In this document: piece by piece, positions 52,901-64,000 of the stretch | Numbering within the stretch: position 1 is the stretch's first letter | Layout: each line of letters opens with the position of its first letter | Assembly (NCBI GenBank): GCA_964016885.1 | Contig: OZ024740.1 | Coordinates: 367,226,001 to 367,290,000, forward strand | Source of the DNA: Eledone cirrhosa | Taxonomy: Eukaryota | Length of the DNA: 64,000 bases | Reading direction: 5' to 3' | Notes under the pieces: generated by a model | Told to the model about the DNA's origin: nothing | Database searches by the model: none | What the model saw: the letters and a program-made list of their open reading frames with translations, nothing else | Position numbers and translations under genes: made by a program

Positions 52901-53627
52901 GCTAATGGCTGCGCAGGAGCAGGCCCTCAAAACGAAGTGGTTGAAGCACCATATCTACAAGGAGGAGGCTAGCCCACTGTGCAGGATCTGTGGAGAGAGA
53001 GAGGAGACTGTGGCTCACATTGTGTCCGAGTGTAAACACCTAGCCCAGACCCACTATAAGGGCTGGAGACACGATGTGATGGGCAGGGTGATCCACTGGC
53101 ACCTGTGCAAAGTAAACAACCTACCACATTCTGAGAAATGGTATGAGCATAGGCCAGAGGCGGTGATGGAGAACAATCAGGTGAAGGTGCTGTGGGATTT
53201 TAGGATACAGACGGACAAAAAACTGGAACACAATAGACCTGACCTGGTGGTTGTGGACAAAGAAAAAAGATCGTGCCTGATTGTGGATGTGGCCTGCCCG
53301 TTCGACACGAGAGTGCAAGAGAAGGAGAGGGAGAAAATTAACCGATACCAGGACCTAAAGTGGGAGGTGAAAAGGATTTGGAACTGCCATGAAGTCAAAG
53401 TGATCCCGATTGTCATAGGCGCACTGGGGACTATCTCCAAAGGTTTCCAGGGATGGTTAAAGAAAATCGGCCCCTTCACGCTTTTTGGAACGCTTCAAAA
53501 GGCATGCTTGCTTGGAACGGCAAGAACCCTCCGATACGTCCTGAATATCTGAGGCTGCAGGTAGTGGCTTGATATTCAATCCAACGGACTTTCCAGTTAA
53601 CCAACATCAATGACTGAGATTCAAGGA
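50000..53627 (+). mobile_element. R4/Dong family 1 element (5' boundary uncertain, may extend to 48948) ending in (TAA)n
   Basis: Shared 5' UTR, intact ORF, 75-nt 3' UTR (GAGGCTGCAGGTAGTGGCTTGATATTC...GACTGAGATTCAAGG), then (AAT)n. Confidence 0.9.
50160..53552 (+). CDS. Intact R4/Dong-clade non-LTR retrotransposon protein (RT, CCHC knuckle, PD-(D/E)xK restriction-like endonuclease), 1130 aa
   Basis: Uninterrupted ORF with [75 protein letters not shown]...VDVACP...EKINRY. Confidence 0.96.
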   Translation: METRTSCDRLSPNRCPLAQQQEPDCQRNTADVGGRRRRKGARTNWTKELNRTVMQCYLKSNPKERGYRRRMHNIWNEIGLFKLDEQKLAGQARVIRTNGWISELELEELSRENGLEMAGVVCQTSEPAGNEGEEALRAEEPPEADNDLNTEINNTWNRDTATEEMNADGLGQDSVDILNLVVDELNNDSGRPMNLRFVDRKKLKETTAKVNKVIPYLEARSLHQCNNILKATANTVRKLLGIKARGNNRQERAEPWWKKRLSGQIGEMRNDIGKLESLLNGTLKNIGTKNRLEIKYKTRSKKLNIIIEELKQRIVAKSAKIRRYENRVSQYKQNRMFDNNQKMLFGQLEGKERGTDLIPGAEQAKTFWRGIWEQDVRHNAQAGWIETVQREVGEQAQQQTDLSITVETLKGQAKKLTNWKSPGPDGVQGYWIKHLTSLHPKLTAMFNDCLVSGEVPEWLTKGTTVLIMKDQIKGNDVTNYRPITCLPVMWKLLTSIVSEEIYHHLHTNNLLPDEQKGCRKKSRGTKDQLLIDKMVMGNCRRRHTDLAMGWIDYRKAFDMVPHSWITKSLEIFRVADNIRQLLGRSMGSWETELTSTGVSLGSVKIKRGIFQGDSLSPLLFVLALMPLTIMLRKVRAGYKLGRGELTINHLLFMDDLKLFGKSEKELDVLVDTVRIFSSDICMQFGIGKCGVIVMRRGRLSRSNGIQIPTGEMIKEIDSEEGYKYLGVLEADGIKNKKMKELLRTEYIRRVRSVLKSHLNSRNAISAVNSRAVSIIRYSAGILRWNVAEQKEMDRKTRKLLTIYNMFHKRSDVDRLYLRRSEGGRGLISIEDCVQMEKNNLYKYVTYSKEPMLRAVLKEGTVGQGIPKEEITSRRKSSLKGKSLHSTFFEKTEFRDPQTWNWLRRGDLKKATEGMLMAAQEQALKTKWLKHHIYKEEASPLCRICGEREETVAHIVSECKHLAQTHYKGWRHDVMGRVIHWHLCKVNNLPHSEKWYEHRPEAVMENNQVKVLWDFRIQTDKKLEHNRPDLVVVDKEKRSCLIVDVACPFDTRVQEKEREKINRYQDLKWEVKRIWNCHEVKVIPIVIGALGTISKGFQGWLKKIGPFTLFGTLQKACLLGTARTLRYVLNI

Positions 53628-54484
53628 ATAACAATAACAATAATAATAATAATAATAATTGATTTTTAACATATTTAAACCAATTATGATATAAAAATTC
53701 TTAGTACAAATGATACATAAATCACGAGACTCAACTCTCAGAAAATTCGGATCCATAATATCCTGTTATATCGCTCAAATATTCAATTTTGTATTATAAA
53801 TTTTATATTCAAAAAAGAAAATGGTTATGAATGGAAGAAAAAAACGCCTCTGTCTACACTATATAGAACAGCCAAATAACAGCAATTTCACCAACACCAC
53901 AAACTAGATACACCACCTATCCCATCACCCCTCTGTGTACACTAAATACAACAGCCAGATAACGGCAATTTCACCACCACCAATCCCAGATATAATAATA
54001 ATAATTACCATTATTATTGTCTCAAGTTTTCACAAAATGTTTAATTCCAATATTAAGAAAATATGTCAACACATATATTAAACATACGCGACAAACCGCA
54101 TAGATACACAGCTCAAACAAACTACAGTCTTTTCAACAAAACTCAGTAACGACAACGCCATCACTATAGTCACCGCCGCCACCACTCAATCCATCATTTC
54201 TACCACTATCCCATCACCGCCGCCACCACTCCTTCATTGTTACCACCACTATTCCCCACTACCTTCTGTTAACTTAAGAAAGGGGAAGGTGGAGGTATCA
54301 CTAGACAAGGGAGAAGCTAGCAAAATATATACATAGATTGACTTAGTGACCCGGCCAAACGTCAACGACTATGGCACTGCTGGCTCCCCCCTTCCCCACC
54401 AACAATAGAAAAAGCCCCAGCACCACCACCGACATAGCCAACAACAATAACAGGCAACTTCAGCAAAAAGTATATTATATTATT

Positions 54485-57400
54485 AATAATTTCATTCTTA
54501 AGCCACGCAATGCTCACATTTAAAAAACAACAAAAAAGAAAACCCCGTGACCAAGAAATACCGGGATGTCGGCCGGCAGGGAATAGCTGTGTCTCTAGGG
54601 GAGGACGACCCCTCTAGTCTTGGTTGACACTCGTCCTAGAAGTGGTAACACGAAATGATTACCCCTTGGCGGATAAGGATAAAACGCGACAAAATAAAGT
54701 AAATGTCAAATGATAAAATCTCATACCAGATCGGCCGTCACCCGGGTCAAAAAGGGCCGCGTCCCTCAGAGAGGAACCAGACTGGGGTCGAAAAATCAGC
54801 TAATGGTTCAAACCTTCCCATCACTTCGGAGCTGGAGACCTCCCATAACCGGAATACTCCTACTGTTGGCCCTCCATGCTCACCACCAAGAAATCCAAAG
54901 AAAAAGAGAGAAAAATGGTCAAGGGAAGATAATAAAGAAGTCATTGAGGCTTTCTACACTGCCATGTACTACCCATCAAATACATCGAATACAGAACAGA
55001 CATATATCAACTGGAAAAAGAAACATCCCGAAAACAGAGGCTATATTAACAGTAACAAACTAGCCAATATACGAAGAAATATTGCTAAAGAAAAGTTACT
55101 AACTGATATAGAAATTGATCAGATCAAGCTATTAGCACAAAGTCAGCGAAGGGAAAATGAAACATGTGTCAGTGAAAACGAGGTAAATTGTAACACTTCG
55201 AATCCCAGGGTTGGGGCGGAATCACTGACAACAGAACAAATTAAAGAAAGGATCGAAAAAGTGGAGGGAGTGCATGCTCAGGATGAAACTCCAAATGAAA
55301 ATAATGAAATCGTAAATAATAAAGAAATGAATAAGAATGAACTTGCCAACTTGAAGGATGAAATTATGATCGAATGGATGAAAATGAAAGAATCTGACTG
55401 GGGGAAAGAGACACCCTCCCTAAGATCCAGAACTCCAAACAGAACCAAAAGATAATACACAAGACTAACAGAATTCTCAAAAAACATTATTATCTCAAAC
55501 AAACTAAACATTACTGATTTAAATCATCTCTATTATGCATCGGCTAAAGTCACTACTCACTTATGTGGAGTGAAAATGAAAAAACAAAGGAATTCCCACA
55601 AGAAATCTACTTGGCAAGAGAACATCAATCGCCAAATAAACCTTCTCCGATCTGACATAGAAATTTTAACAAACTATAAAGTCGGGGAACATGTTAAACA
55701 AACTAAACTTAGAAAATTGAAAAGAAAGTACAGTATAAAATCAACAAGTGACATAGACATGCTGATATCAAGCAAAAAGTGTCGGCCAAAGCTGCTCGTA
55801 TAAGGCGCTTTGAAAAACGATCTAGATTCTATAAGGACAATAATATGTTCAAAAACAATCAAAGAAACTTCTACAGAAAAATTGGTAAGTCAACAATAAC
55901 TGCTAAATCAATGCCACCCAAGGAGGAAGTGCAAGAATTCTGGGAAAAGATCTGGGCCGAAGAAAAAGTTCATAATATACATGCCCCATGGATAACAGAC
56001 AAATGAAAGATACAGCTCACCTTGAGGAACAAATATGGGAAAATATAACAGTTGAACAGTTGCGTTTGGCTCTTAGAAAAACCAGCAAATGGAAATCCCC
56101 AGGAAAAGACAAAATACAAAATTTTTGGATAAATGCATTCAGAGTCTCATGAGCTGTTAGCCCAACTTTACAATGAAATAGTTAAGGAGCCAGAAAATAT
56201 ACCATCATGGCTAGTTAACGGCATTACATTCCTTCTTCCGAAGAATGATGAGACAAACAATCCCAAAAATTACAGACCGATAACTTGCTTGACCACAATG
56301 TATAAAATGTTAACATCAGTCCTAACTGTATATACATATCACCACCTGATAACAAATGACCTATTTCCCATTGAGCACAAAAGGTGTAAACGAGGTTCAT
56401 ATGGCTGTAAGTATCAGCTTTTGATTAACAAAATGATACTGGAAGATTGTCATAATAGACACAAAAATCTATCAATTGCTTGGATAGATTATATAAAAGC
56501 ATTCTATAGTTATATAGTTATATAGTTATATAGTTATATAGTTTACCACACAGTTGGATTGAAAAATGTTTAGAGATTTTCAAAATATCTCCCGTTGTCA
56601 GGAGGTTTTTGTCATTCAGTATGAAGACATGGAAAACGACACTCCTTTTGAATAGTGAAACAAAATCACTGGAAGCTGGAGAAGTTAATATTAATTGTGG
56701 AATTTTTCAGGGTGACTCTTTATCAGCGCTTTTATTCTGCATCGCACTTATACCACTAAGTAAAATGCTCAATGAAACAAAACATGGATATAAAGTGTAT
56801 GACAAAACCATTAATCACTTGTTCTACATGGATGACCTGAAACTATTTGCAAAACATGATGAACAATTGCAAGGGATATTATCCACTGTGGAACAGTTCA
56901 GTGATGACATTAAAATGGAGTTTGGACTAGATAAATGCGCCAAAGCAGCGTTCACCAGAGGAAAGCTGCTGAAAATTTCAGACATTAATCTTGATCGGGG
57001 GAATGTGATGAGAGAACTTTATCAAGAGGAAACTTACAAATATCTAGGTGTTTGTGAAGGAGACGGAATCAAGCACTCGACAATGAGGGAAAGGATAAGG
57101 AAGGAATGTTACCGCAGAGTAAGAGCAATCTTAAGAACGGAATTGAATGCAAGGAATAGGATCGATGCCATAACCACGCTTGCCATACCAGTAGTAACCT
57201 ACAGTTACAATGTCATCAACTGGTCAAGCACAGAGATCCGTAGGCTCGATACAAAAATTCGAAAATACTTAAACATGTACAGAATGCATCACCCTAAGGC
57301 AGATGCAGATATAATATATCTCCCTAGGAAAGAAGGAGGACGTAGGTTAATCCAGTTAGATATTGCGTTGAATACTGCAACAATTGGATTATATACATAT

Positions 57401-58518
57401 CTAAGGGAATCACATGACTGGATGATCAAACTCGTTTTGAAACACGAAAGCATCAAAAGATCATACTCCATTACAAAAAATGCACAAAGATACAGTAATG
57501 GACTATAAATTTCAGAAGTCCCATTTACTGCTGAAATGGAAAACACAGAAAAAGCAAAGCAGGTAATAGTAACTGCAAAGAAAGAACTGCTACAGAAACT
57601 GGGTAAGAAATGGAAAGAAAAGTCTCTGTATGGAAAATACCCAGAACGAGCTAACAATCCTGATGTTGACAAAACTTTAACCCATCAGTGGTTGGCATCC
57701 TCTGGACTGAAATCGGAGACTGAAGGACTGATTATATCAGCACAAGATCAGTGTCTGCCAACAAAAAATTACCAAGCCAACATAATAAAAAATGGATGCA
57801 GCCCATTATGCCGTGTATGTAAAAAACAACCAGAGACTATTGATCATATAATTTCAATGTGCAGTCCTATAGCTCCAACCGAATACTTAAACAGGCATGA
57901 CAGAGCTGCACAATACATACATTGGATAATGTGTAAGCGTTTTGACCTGCCCATCAAAAGAATTGGTGGGAGCATCAGCCACCACCCATACTTGAAAAAG
58001 ATCACATCTCAATCTTGTGGAATTTTATCATCCAAACAGACCGAAAAATAGATTCAAATAGACCTGATATAATACTGAAGGACTTTAAAAAGAGGGTATG
58101 TCTGCTAATTGATATGTCCGTTCCAATAGACAAGAATGTATCTATAAAAACATTTGAAAAATTGAGCAAGTATAAGGACCTGGAGATAGAAATTGGAAAA
58201 ATGTGGAAGTTGAGAACTAAAACAATACCAGTGGTTGGAGGCGCTCTAGGAATGATACCTAAGGCGTCTAATGATTACTTATCGCAAATCCCAGGAAACC
58301 CGCGTATAGGAGAAATACAAAAGATAGTACTAATGGGAACTGCCCATATACTAAGGAAGATTCTGTCAATTTAAGTACATCACAAGTCTAAACACCTAAA
58401 GATGCATGTGTGAGTATGTATGTTCTTTCTTGAACATGGCGGACCTTGTTGTCTCTTGAGGTCACTGGTTGTGACTTGGTGATAACTCGTATGAACATAA
58501 AACAAAATAAATGCAGCT

Positions 58519-58520
<2 letters not shown>
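54485..58520 (+). mobile_element. Full-length disrupted R4/Dong family 2 element (ORF 54703-58374 in pieces)
   Basis: [34 protein letters not shown]...ETIDHIISMC, RHD, RPDIILKD...IDMSVP. TAA-like repeats at both ends. Confidence 0.92.
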
Positions 58521-58561
<41 letters not shown>

Positions 58562-58562
58562 T

Positions 58563-59063
58563 TACCACATTCCGAGAGGTGGTATGAGCATAACCAGAGT
58601 CGGTGATAGAAAACGATCAGGTGAAGGTGCTATGGGATTTTAGGATACAGACGGACAAGAAATTAGAACGCAATAGGCCTGACCTGGTGGTTTTGAACAA
58701 GGAAAAAAGATCGTGCCTGATTGTAGATGTAGCCTGCCCATTCGACACGAGAGTTGAAGAGAAGGAGAGGGAGAAAATTAACCGATACCAGGACTTAAAG
58801 TGGGAGTTAAAAAGGATTTGGAACCGCCGGGAAGTCAAGGTCGTCCCGATTGTCATAGGCGCACTTGGTACTAACTCAAAGACTTTCCAAGGATGGTTAA
58901 AGAAAATTCGTCCCGCCCCGCTTTTTGGAACACTTCAAAAGGCATGCTTGCTGTTCCCAGCAAGAACCCTCCGATACGTCCTGAATATCTGAGGCTGCTG
59001 GTAGTGGCTTGATATTCATTTCAAAAAACTTTCCAGTTAAATAACATCAATGACTGAGACTCA
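58563..59063 (+). mobile_element. Short 5'-truncated R4/Dong family 1 copy (endonuclease domain and 3' UTR)
   Basis: ORF 58603-58992 is nearly identical to the C-terminus of the 50160 ORF and lies between (TAA)n tracts. Confidence 0.9.
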
Positions 59064-59086
59064 AATAAGAATAATAATAATGATCA

Positions 59087-59408
59087 TAATTGTTTCTACT
59101 TTAGGCAAAGGCCAGCAATTATCCAGTCCATTACTGGTACTTTATTTTATCGACCCTGTAAGGATGAAAGGCAAATTTAACCTCGGCGGGATTTGAACTC
59201 AGACTGTAAAGGGACATAACTATGCTAGAAAGCATGGCGTCCAACTCTCTAACGATACTGCCAATTCAAATGATAATAATTGTTTCTACTTTTGGCACAA
59301 GGCCAACAATTATCCAGTGTATTACTGGTACTTTATTTTATCGACCACGTAAGCATGAAAGGCAAAGTTAACCTCGGCGGGATTTGAACTCAGAATGGCA
59401 AGGGCCAA
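59087..59408 (-). mobile_element. Two tandem SINE copies (59087-59268 full length, 59278-59408 partial)
   Basis: Reverse complements of the SINE at 36495, each starting at TAA repeats. Confidence 0.8.
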
Positions 59409-59421
59409 TGATAATAATAAT

Positions 59422-61292
59422 GGACGAACAGAAAGGATGCCGAAAGATGTCCAGTGGTACAAATGACCAGTTATTTATTGATAAGATGGTAATGAAAAAT
59501 TGCAAGAGGAGACACAATGGTCTTACCATGGGATGGATAGATTATAAAAAGGCATTCGACAGGGTACCACATTCTTGGATAACCAAAAGCCTAGAGATCT
59601 TCAAGTTGGCAGATAACATCAGACAGTTGTTGAGCAAAAGTATGATGTCCTGGGAAACAGAGTTAACATCGGGTAGAGAATCCTTGGGAGGCGTGAAGAT
59701 CAAGAGAGGTATCTTCCAGGGAGATAGTTTGTACTCACTCCTGTTTGTCCTTGCCCTGATACCCCTGACCGTTATATTGCGAATAGTGAGAGCAGGATAC
59801 ATGTTGGGAAAAGGAGAGCTAACCATCAACCACCTCCACTTCATGGACGAACTTAAACTCTTTGGGATGAGTTAGAAGGAGTTCGATGTACTTGTTGATA
59901 CTGTCCGTATTTTCAGCAATGATATATGTATGGAATTTGGTATTAATAAGTGTGGAGTCCTAGTGATGAAGAGGGGTAAATTGAGCAGAAGCAACGGAAT
60001 CCAGATACCAACAGGTGAGATGATAAAGGAAATTGACACTGAGGAGGGATACAAATATATAGGTGTCCTGGAAGCAGTTGATATCAAGAACAAAAAAATG
60101 AAGGAATTGATAAGATCTGAGTACATAAGGAGAGTAAGTAGCGAATTAAAATCACATCTAAATAGTAAGAATGTCATAAGTGCAGTGAATTGCCGAGCTG
60201 TGTCTATTATTAGGTACTGTGTCTATTATTAAGACTAGGAACCTATTGACTATTTACAACACGTTCCACAAGAGGAGTGATGTCGATAGACTCTACTTAA
60301 AGAGATCTGAAGGTTGAAGAGGTCTTATCAATATAGAAGACTGTGTTCAGATGGAGAAAAACAACCTGCACAAATATGTGACTGACAGTAGGGAGCCAAT
60401 GTTCAAAATTATACTGAAGGAGAAGAAAATAGACTAGGGGATGTCCAAGGAGGAAATACCAACAAGAAGGAAGAGCAACCTTCATTAAAAATCCCTTCAT
60501 AGTACCTTCTTTAGGAAAACTGAATTTAGAGATCCACAGACATGGAAATGGTTAAAAAGAGGAGACATTAAAAAAGCTACAGAAGGAATGATAATGGCTG
60601 CGCAAGAGGAGGCCCTCACAACGAAGTGGGTGAAACACCATATTTACATGGAGGCGGCTAGCCCACTGTGTAGGATATGTGGAGAGAGAGAGAGAGGAGA
60701 CTGTGGCTCACATTGTATCCGAGTGTAAACACCTAGCCCAGACTCATTATAAAGGCTGGAGACTGATGTGATGGGCAGGGTGATCCACTGGCACCTATGC
60801 AAAGTAAACAATTTACCACATTCTGAGAAGTGGTATGACCATAAGCCAGAGTCGGTGATAGAAAACGATCAGGTGAAGGTGCTGTGGGATTTTAGGATAC
60901 AGACGGACAAGAAACTGGAACACAATAGAACTGACCTGGTGGTTTTGGACAAGAAAAAAATATCGTGCCTGATTGTGGATGTTGCCTGCCATTCGACACG
61001 AGAGTGAAAGAGAAGGAGAGGGAGAAAATTAACCGATACCAGGACTTAAAGTGGGAGGTAAAAAGGATTTGGAACTGCCATGAAGTCAAAGTGGTCCCGA
61101 TTGTCATAGGCGCACTAGGTACTATCTCAAAACGTTTCCAAGGATGGTTAAAGAAAATTGGTCCCGCCCCGCTTTTTGGAACACTTCAAAAGGCATGCTT
61201 GCTGGGAACAGCAAAAACCCTCCGATACGTCCTGAATATCCGAGGCTGCAGGTAGTGACTTGATATTCATTTCAACAAACTTTCCATTTAAA
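59422..61292 (+). mobile_element. 5'-truncated, disrupted R4/Dong family 1 copy
   Basis: Homologous to 51695-53600 with stops, a deletion and frameshifts. A partial minus-strand SINE follows at 61295-61370. Confidence 0.9.
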
Positions 61293-61372
61293 TAACTGTT
61301 TCTACTTTAGGCACAAGGCCAGCAAGTACCCAGTGCATTACTGGTACTTTATTTTATCGACCCTGTAAGAAT

Positions 61373-61375
<3 letters not shown>

Positions 61376-61415
<40 letters not shown>

Positions 61416-61494
61416 GTAACAGATGGGAGGCAAATAGGTAAATAGATGTAATCATACAAACACACATACACTCACACACATAGACCCTCACCTC

Positions 61495-61542
<48 letters not shown>

Positions 61543-61645
61543 GAGGTGAGGGTCTATGTGTGTGAGTGTATGTGTGTTTGTATGATTACATCTATTTACC
61601 TATCTGCCTCCCATCTGTTACCCTTCTCTCTCTCTCTCTCTCTGT
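61376..61645. repeat. Near-perfect palindrome centred on (TA)n
   Basis: 61412-61497 is mirrored by 61540-61625 with one visible mismatch, with (GA)n/(TC)n outside. Confidence 0.9.
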
Positions 61646-61654
61646 CTCTCTCTG

Positions 61655-61685
<31 letters not shown>

Positions 61686-61800
61686 GTGTGTGTGTTTATA
61701 TATATATGTATATATATATATATATAGAGATAGATAGATAGATAGATAATAGATATATACACTCACAAACACAAACACAAACACACATACACACACACAC

Positions 61801-61849
<49 letters not shown>

Positions 61850-62149
61850 AAGAGAGAGCGGGAGTGATAGATATATATGAAATGACTTTCCAATATCTGT
61901 TGCTCGTGCCAAATTCATGAAGCAGATCTCTATCGTACCAATTGATGTCAAAGGGAGATAATTTTATAAGTGAAAACAATTGTTCTAAATTGCTTAGCTC
62001 TGAATTACATATACACAGTTTCCAATATCACCAATGTTCCTTCACACTGAACGAAACCCAGAACAGACTATCAGTCAACGGTTATAGAAAAAACAGGGAA
62101 TAATTAGTACCATGAATATATAACCATGAAAGAAAATTAAAGAACCTAG

Positions 62150-64000
62150 TTATTGAAGAACATTCGAAACTCCTCGATGTCTACCAGACTAACAAAGAAA
62201 ATTGATCGAGAATGGAGGTCGAAATCTTAATGCAAACAATGCTAAGTATTCCCCGAGCAAATACATCTTCCAGGCAGTATAATCTTACCAGTTTGTCAGG
62301 ATGGGAGAAAAGCAAGATGACATATCTGTCTCTCAACAAACCACTTAAGAACTTTTCTCCTTGACTAAAAGGAAAGGAAAAAGGCTCCACTCCTATCAAC
62401 ATAAAAAAAAACATCCCCAACAACAATTACCACGAAAACCCAAACAACATCGCCAAGAAAAGCAACAACAACGTCAACACCAATACCAGCAAAATCATCA
62501 AATAAAACATCACACCGGCACCACCAAGACCAATACTGTTAGAACCAACACCCTCAGCAACAGCACCAGCACCTACGAAGACATGCCACTTCCACACGTC
62601 AGACTTGAATGCTAACGAGTTTTAGGATTAGCAAACAGTCTGCCCCCAAAAAGTAAAAGAGAAAAAAAACCTCCCCGTCTTCGCCCTAAAAACGAGAGGG
62701 TGATAGGATAAAAAATATATGAAAGCCTACATCCCCTCCACAACTGCCACCATAATTATGTACAACGCCAACCCCACTGGCATTAACCCCATAACAGACA
62801 CCACGCACACTAACAACACCCCAAGAAAAATCTACCCCACACCCGCAACAAGAAAGAGATACAAATATCATACATTACATAGCAATTGACTCGAACAACA
62901 TAACACTTTTAAATTAAAAGACAACACCACATCACACAAAACGATTTTACAAAACTAGAACAAATAGCAATACCCACAAACATACAAATAATAATAATAA
63001 CTCAGAAAACATTCACACATTTAAAAATTAAATTCCCAGGTTTGATTGGAGGCTTCAGAGGAACAATCTCCGAACGAATCTACACAGACATTTTGGCTCT
63101 TGAGCCACCTCCACCCCTGAAGGATGGAATTACTCCCCTTCTACCCTCAAATCTAAGGTAAGTGGCCTTTCCCACTTTCTCCTCCTCTAAATTGAACATG
63201 GTATCACTCAAGATAGACAGTGCGAATTCACGTGGCCTGGGGTCGTCCTGGAAGCAGGGCCTCCTGCTCAATGACTTCAGTTCACCGGACGTAGATGGGG
63301 TGGCCATTATTGAGGCCAGAGTTTCAGATACACGAAACTTCGCACCCATTTTTGGTGGCTACGAGGTGTACGCATCTCCGAGCCATGCGGGATCTGGAGG
63401 TGGATTTGCCGTGTTGTTCTGTAAAGGCCTGGATCTCGCAATACGGACCATCTTCCTGCACCCGAAGGATAAATTATTAGTGCTGTACATAACCATCAGA
63501 GAAGGGCACGGCTTCAGGCTAGTGACCATCTATGCTCCGACAGCGGCACGATGAACTGAGCTCGTCCGACGCTGGGAAATCTTTCTGGGAACGTCTCGCT
63601 CTTTAGTCTTAGTGAGCGACTGAAACGGTATCTTAGATGCACACTGCGACTGTGTGGGACAAGTGAATAGGAGAGAGGGTGTAAAAGCCTCGCAAACGTA
63701 CTCAGACGCTTCCAACATTTTGACACGTACCGACTGGATTTTGTGAATGCTCGAATACGGACATTGTTAGACCACATCGGGTCATCTAGATCGTATCTAG
63801 ATAGGATATTCTGTAGGGAATTAAACAAGCCTAGCATAGATTGTCCACAATTTAAGGTAGTCGAATACACAGACCGTAACGTTTTGACGTGTGTAATAAA
63901 TCTAAATAAGCTCCATAGGTAAGCACCCTGTTACTGAAAGCTGAACGCTTCATTCCCGACGCGTAACGCCTACAGAGACCGGATTAACGAATTAGTTATG
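62150..64000 (+). mobile_element. Decayed Tx1/L1-clade LINE (family d): ORF1 remnant and APE domain running off the window end
   Basis: From 63198: MVSLKIDSANSRGLGSSWKQG...FRLVTIYAPT, SSRSYLDRI, YTDR. The ORF1 C-terminal motif at ~63000 is shared with families a-c. Confidence 0.85.

Noticed and set aside
27291-53479. Numerous antisense ORFs overlapping Tx1 and Dong ORFs
   Set aside because: They are shadow ORFs of GC-richer retroelement coding sequence.
54570-54577. GGCCGGCA identical to the start of the HDV genomic ribozyme
   Set aside because: No complementary P1 strand or HDV core could be found downstream, so it is treated as coincidence.

Overview
Gene-poor, AT-rich eukaryotic DNA. The SINE and LINE complement suggests an octopod cephalopod, which is an inference only. 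No host protein-coding gene could be supported. Bases 1-27 kb are (TA)n/(CA)n microsatellite fields holding Penelope-like element (PLE) remnants and at least ten sequence-unrelated short fold-back (inverted-repeat) elements. Most carry a minimal type I hammerhead ribozyme (HHR) core, CUGANGA-stem-GAAA-palindromic stem III, reading outward from the fold-back centre. One non-coding HHR element with a 444-nt period occurs twice and looks like a retrozyme. Bases 27-64 kb are a pile-up of non-LTR retrotransposons. There are four Tx1/L1-clade families (APE-RT, with a CCHC-type ORF1), three of them bounded by (GATA)n or (TAA)n. There are also three R4/Dong-clade families (RT plus restriction-like endonuclease) mostly at (TAA)n, including one intact 1130-aa ORF at 50160-53552, and tRNA-derived SINEs. 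The most notable signals are the diverse HHR fold-back/retrozyme system at TA repeats, the sorting of element classes by microsatellite type, and a multiply pseudoknotted 5' UTR RNA in an R4/Dong element. All alignments and RNA pairings were done by eye.
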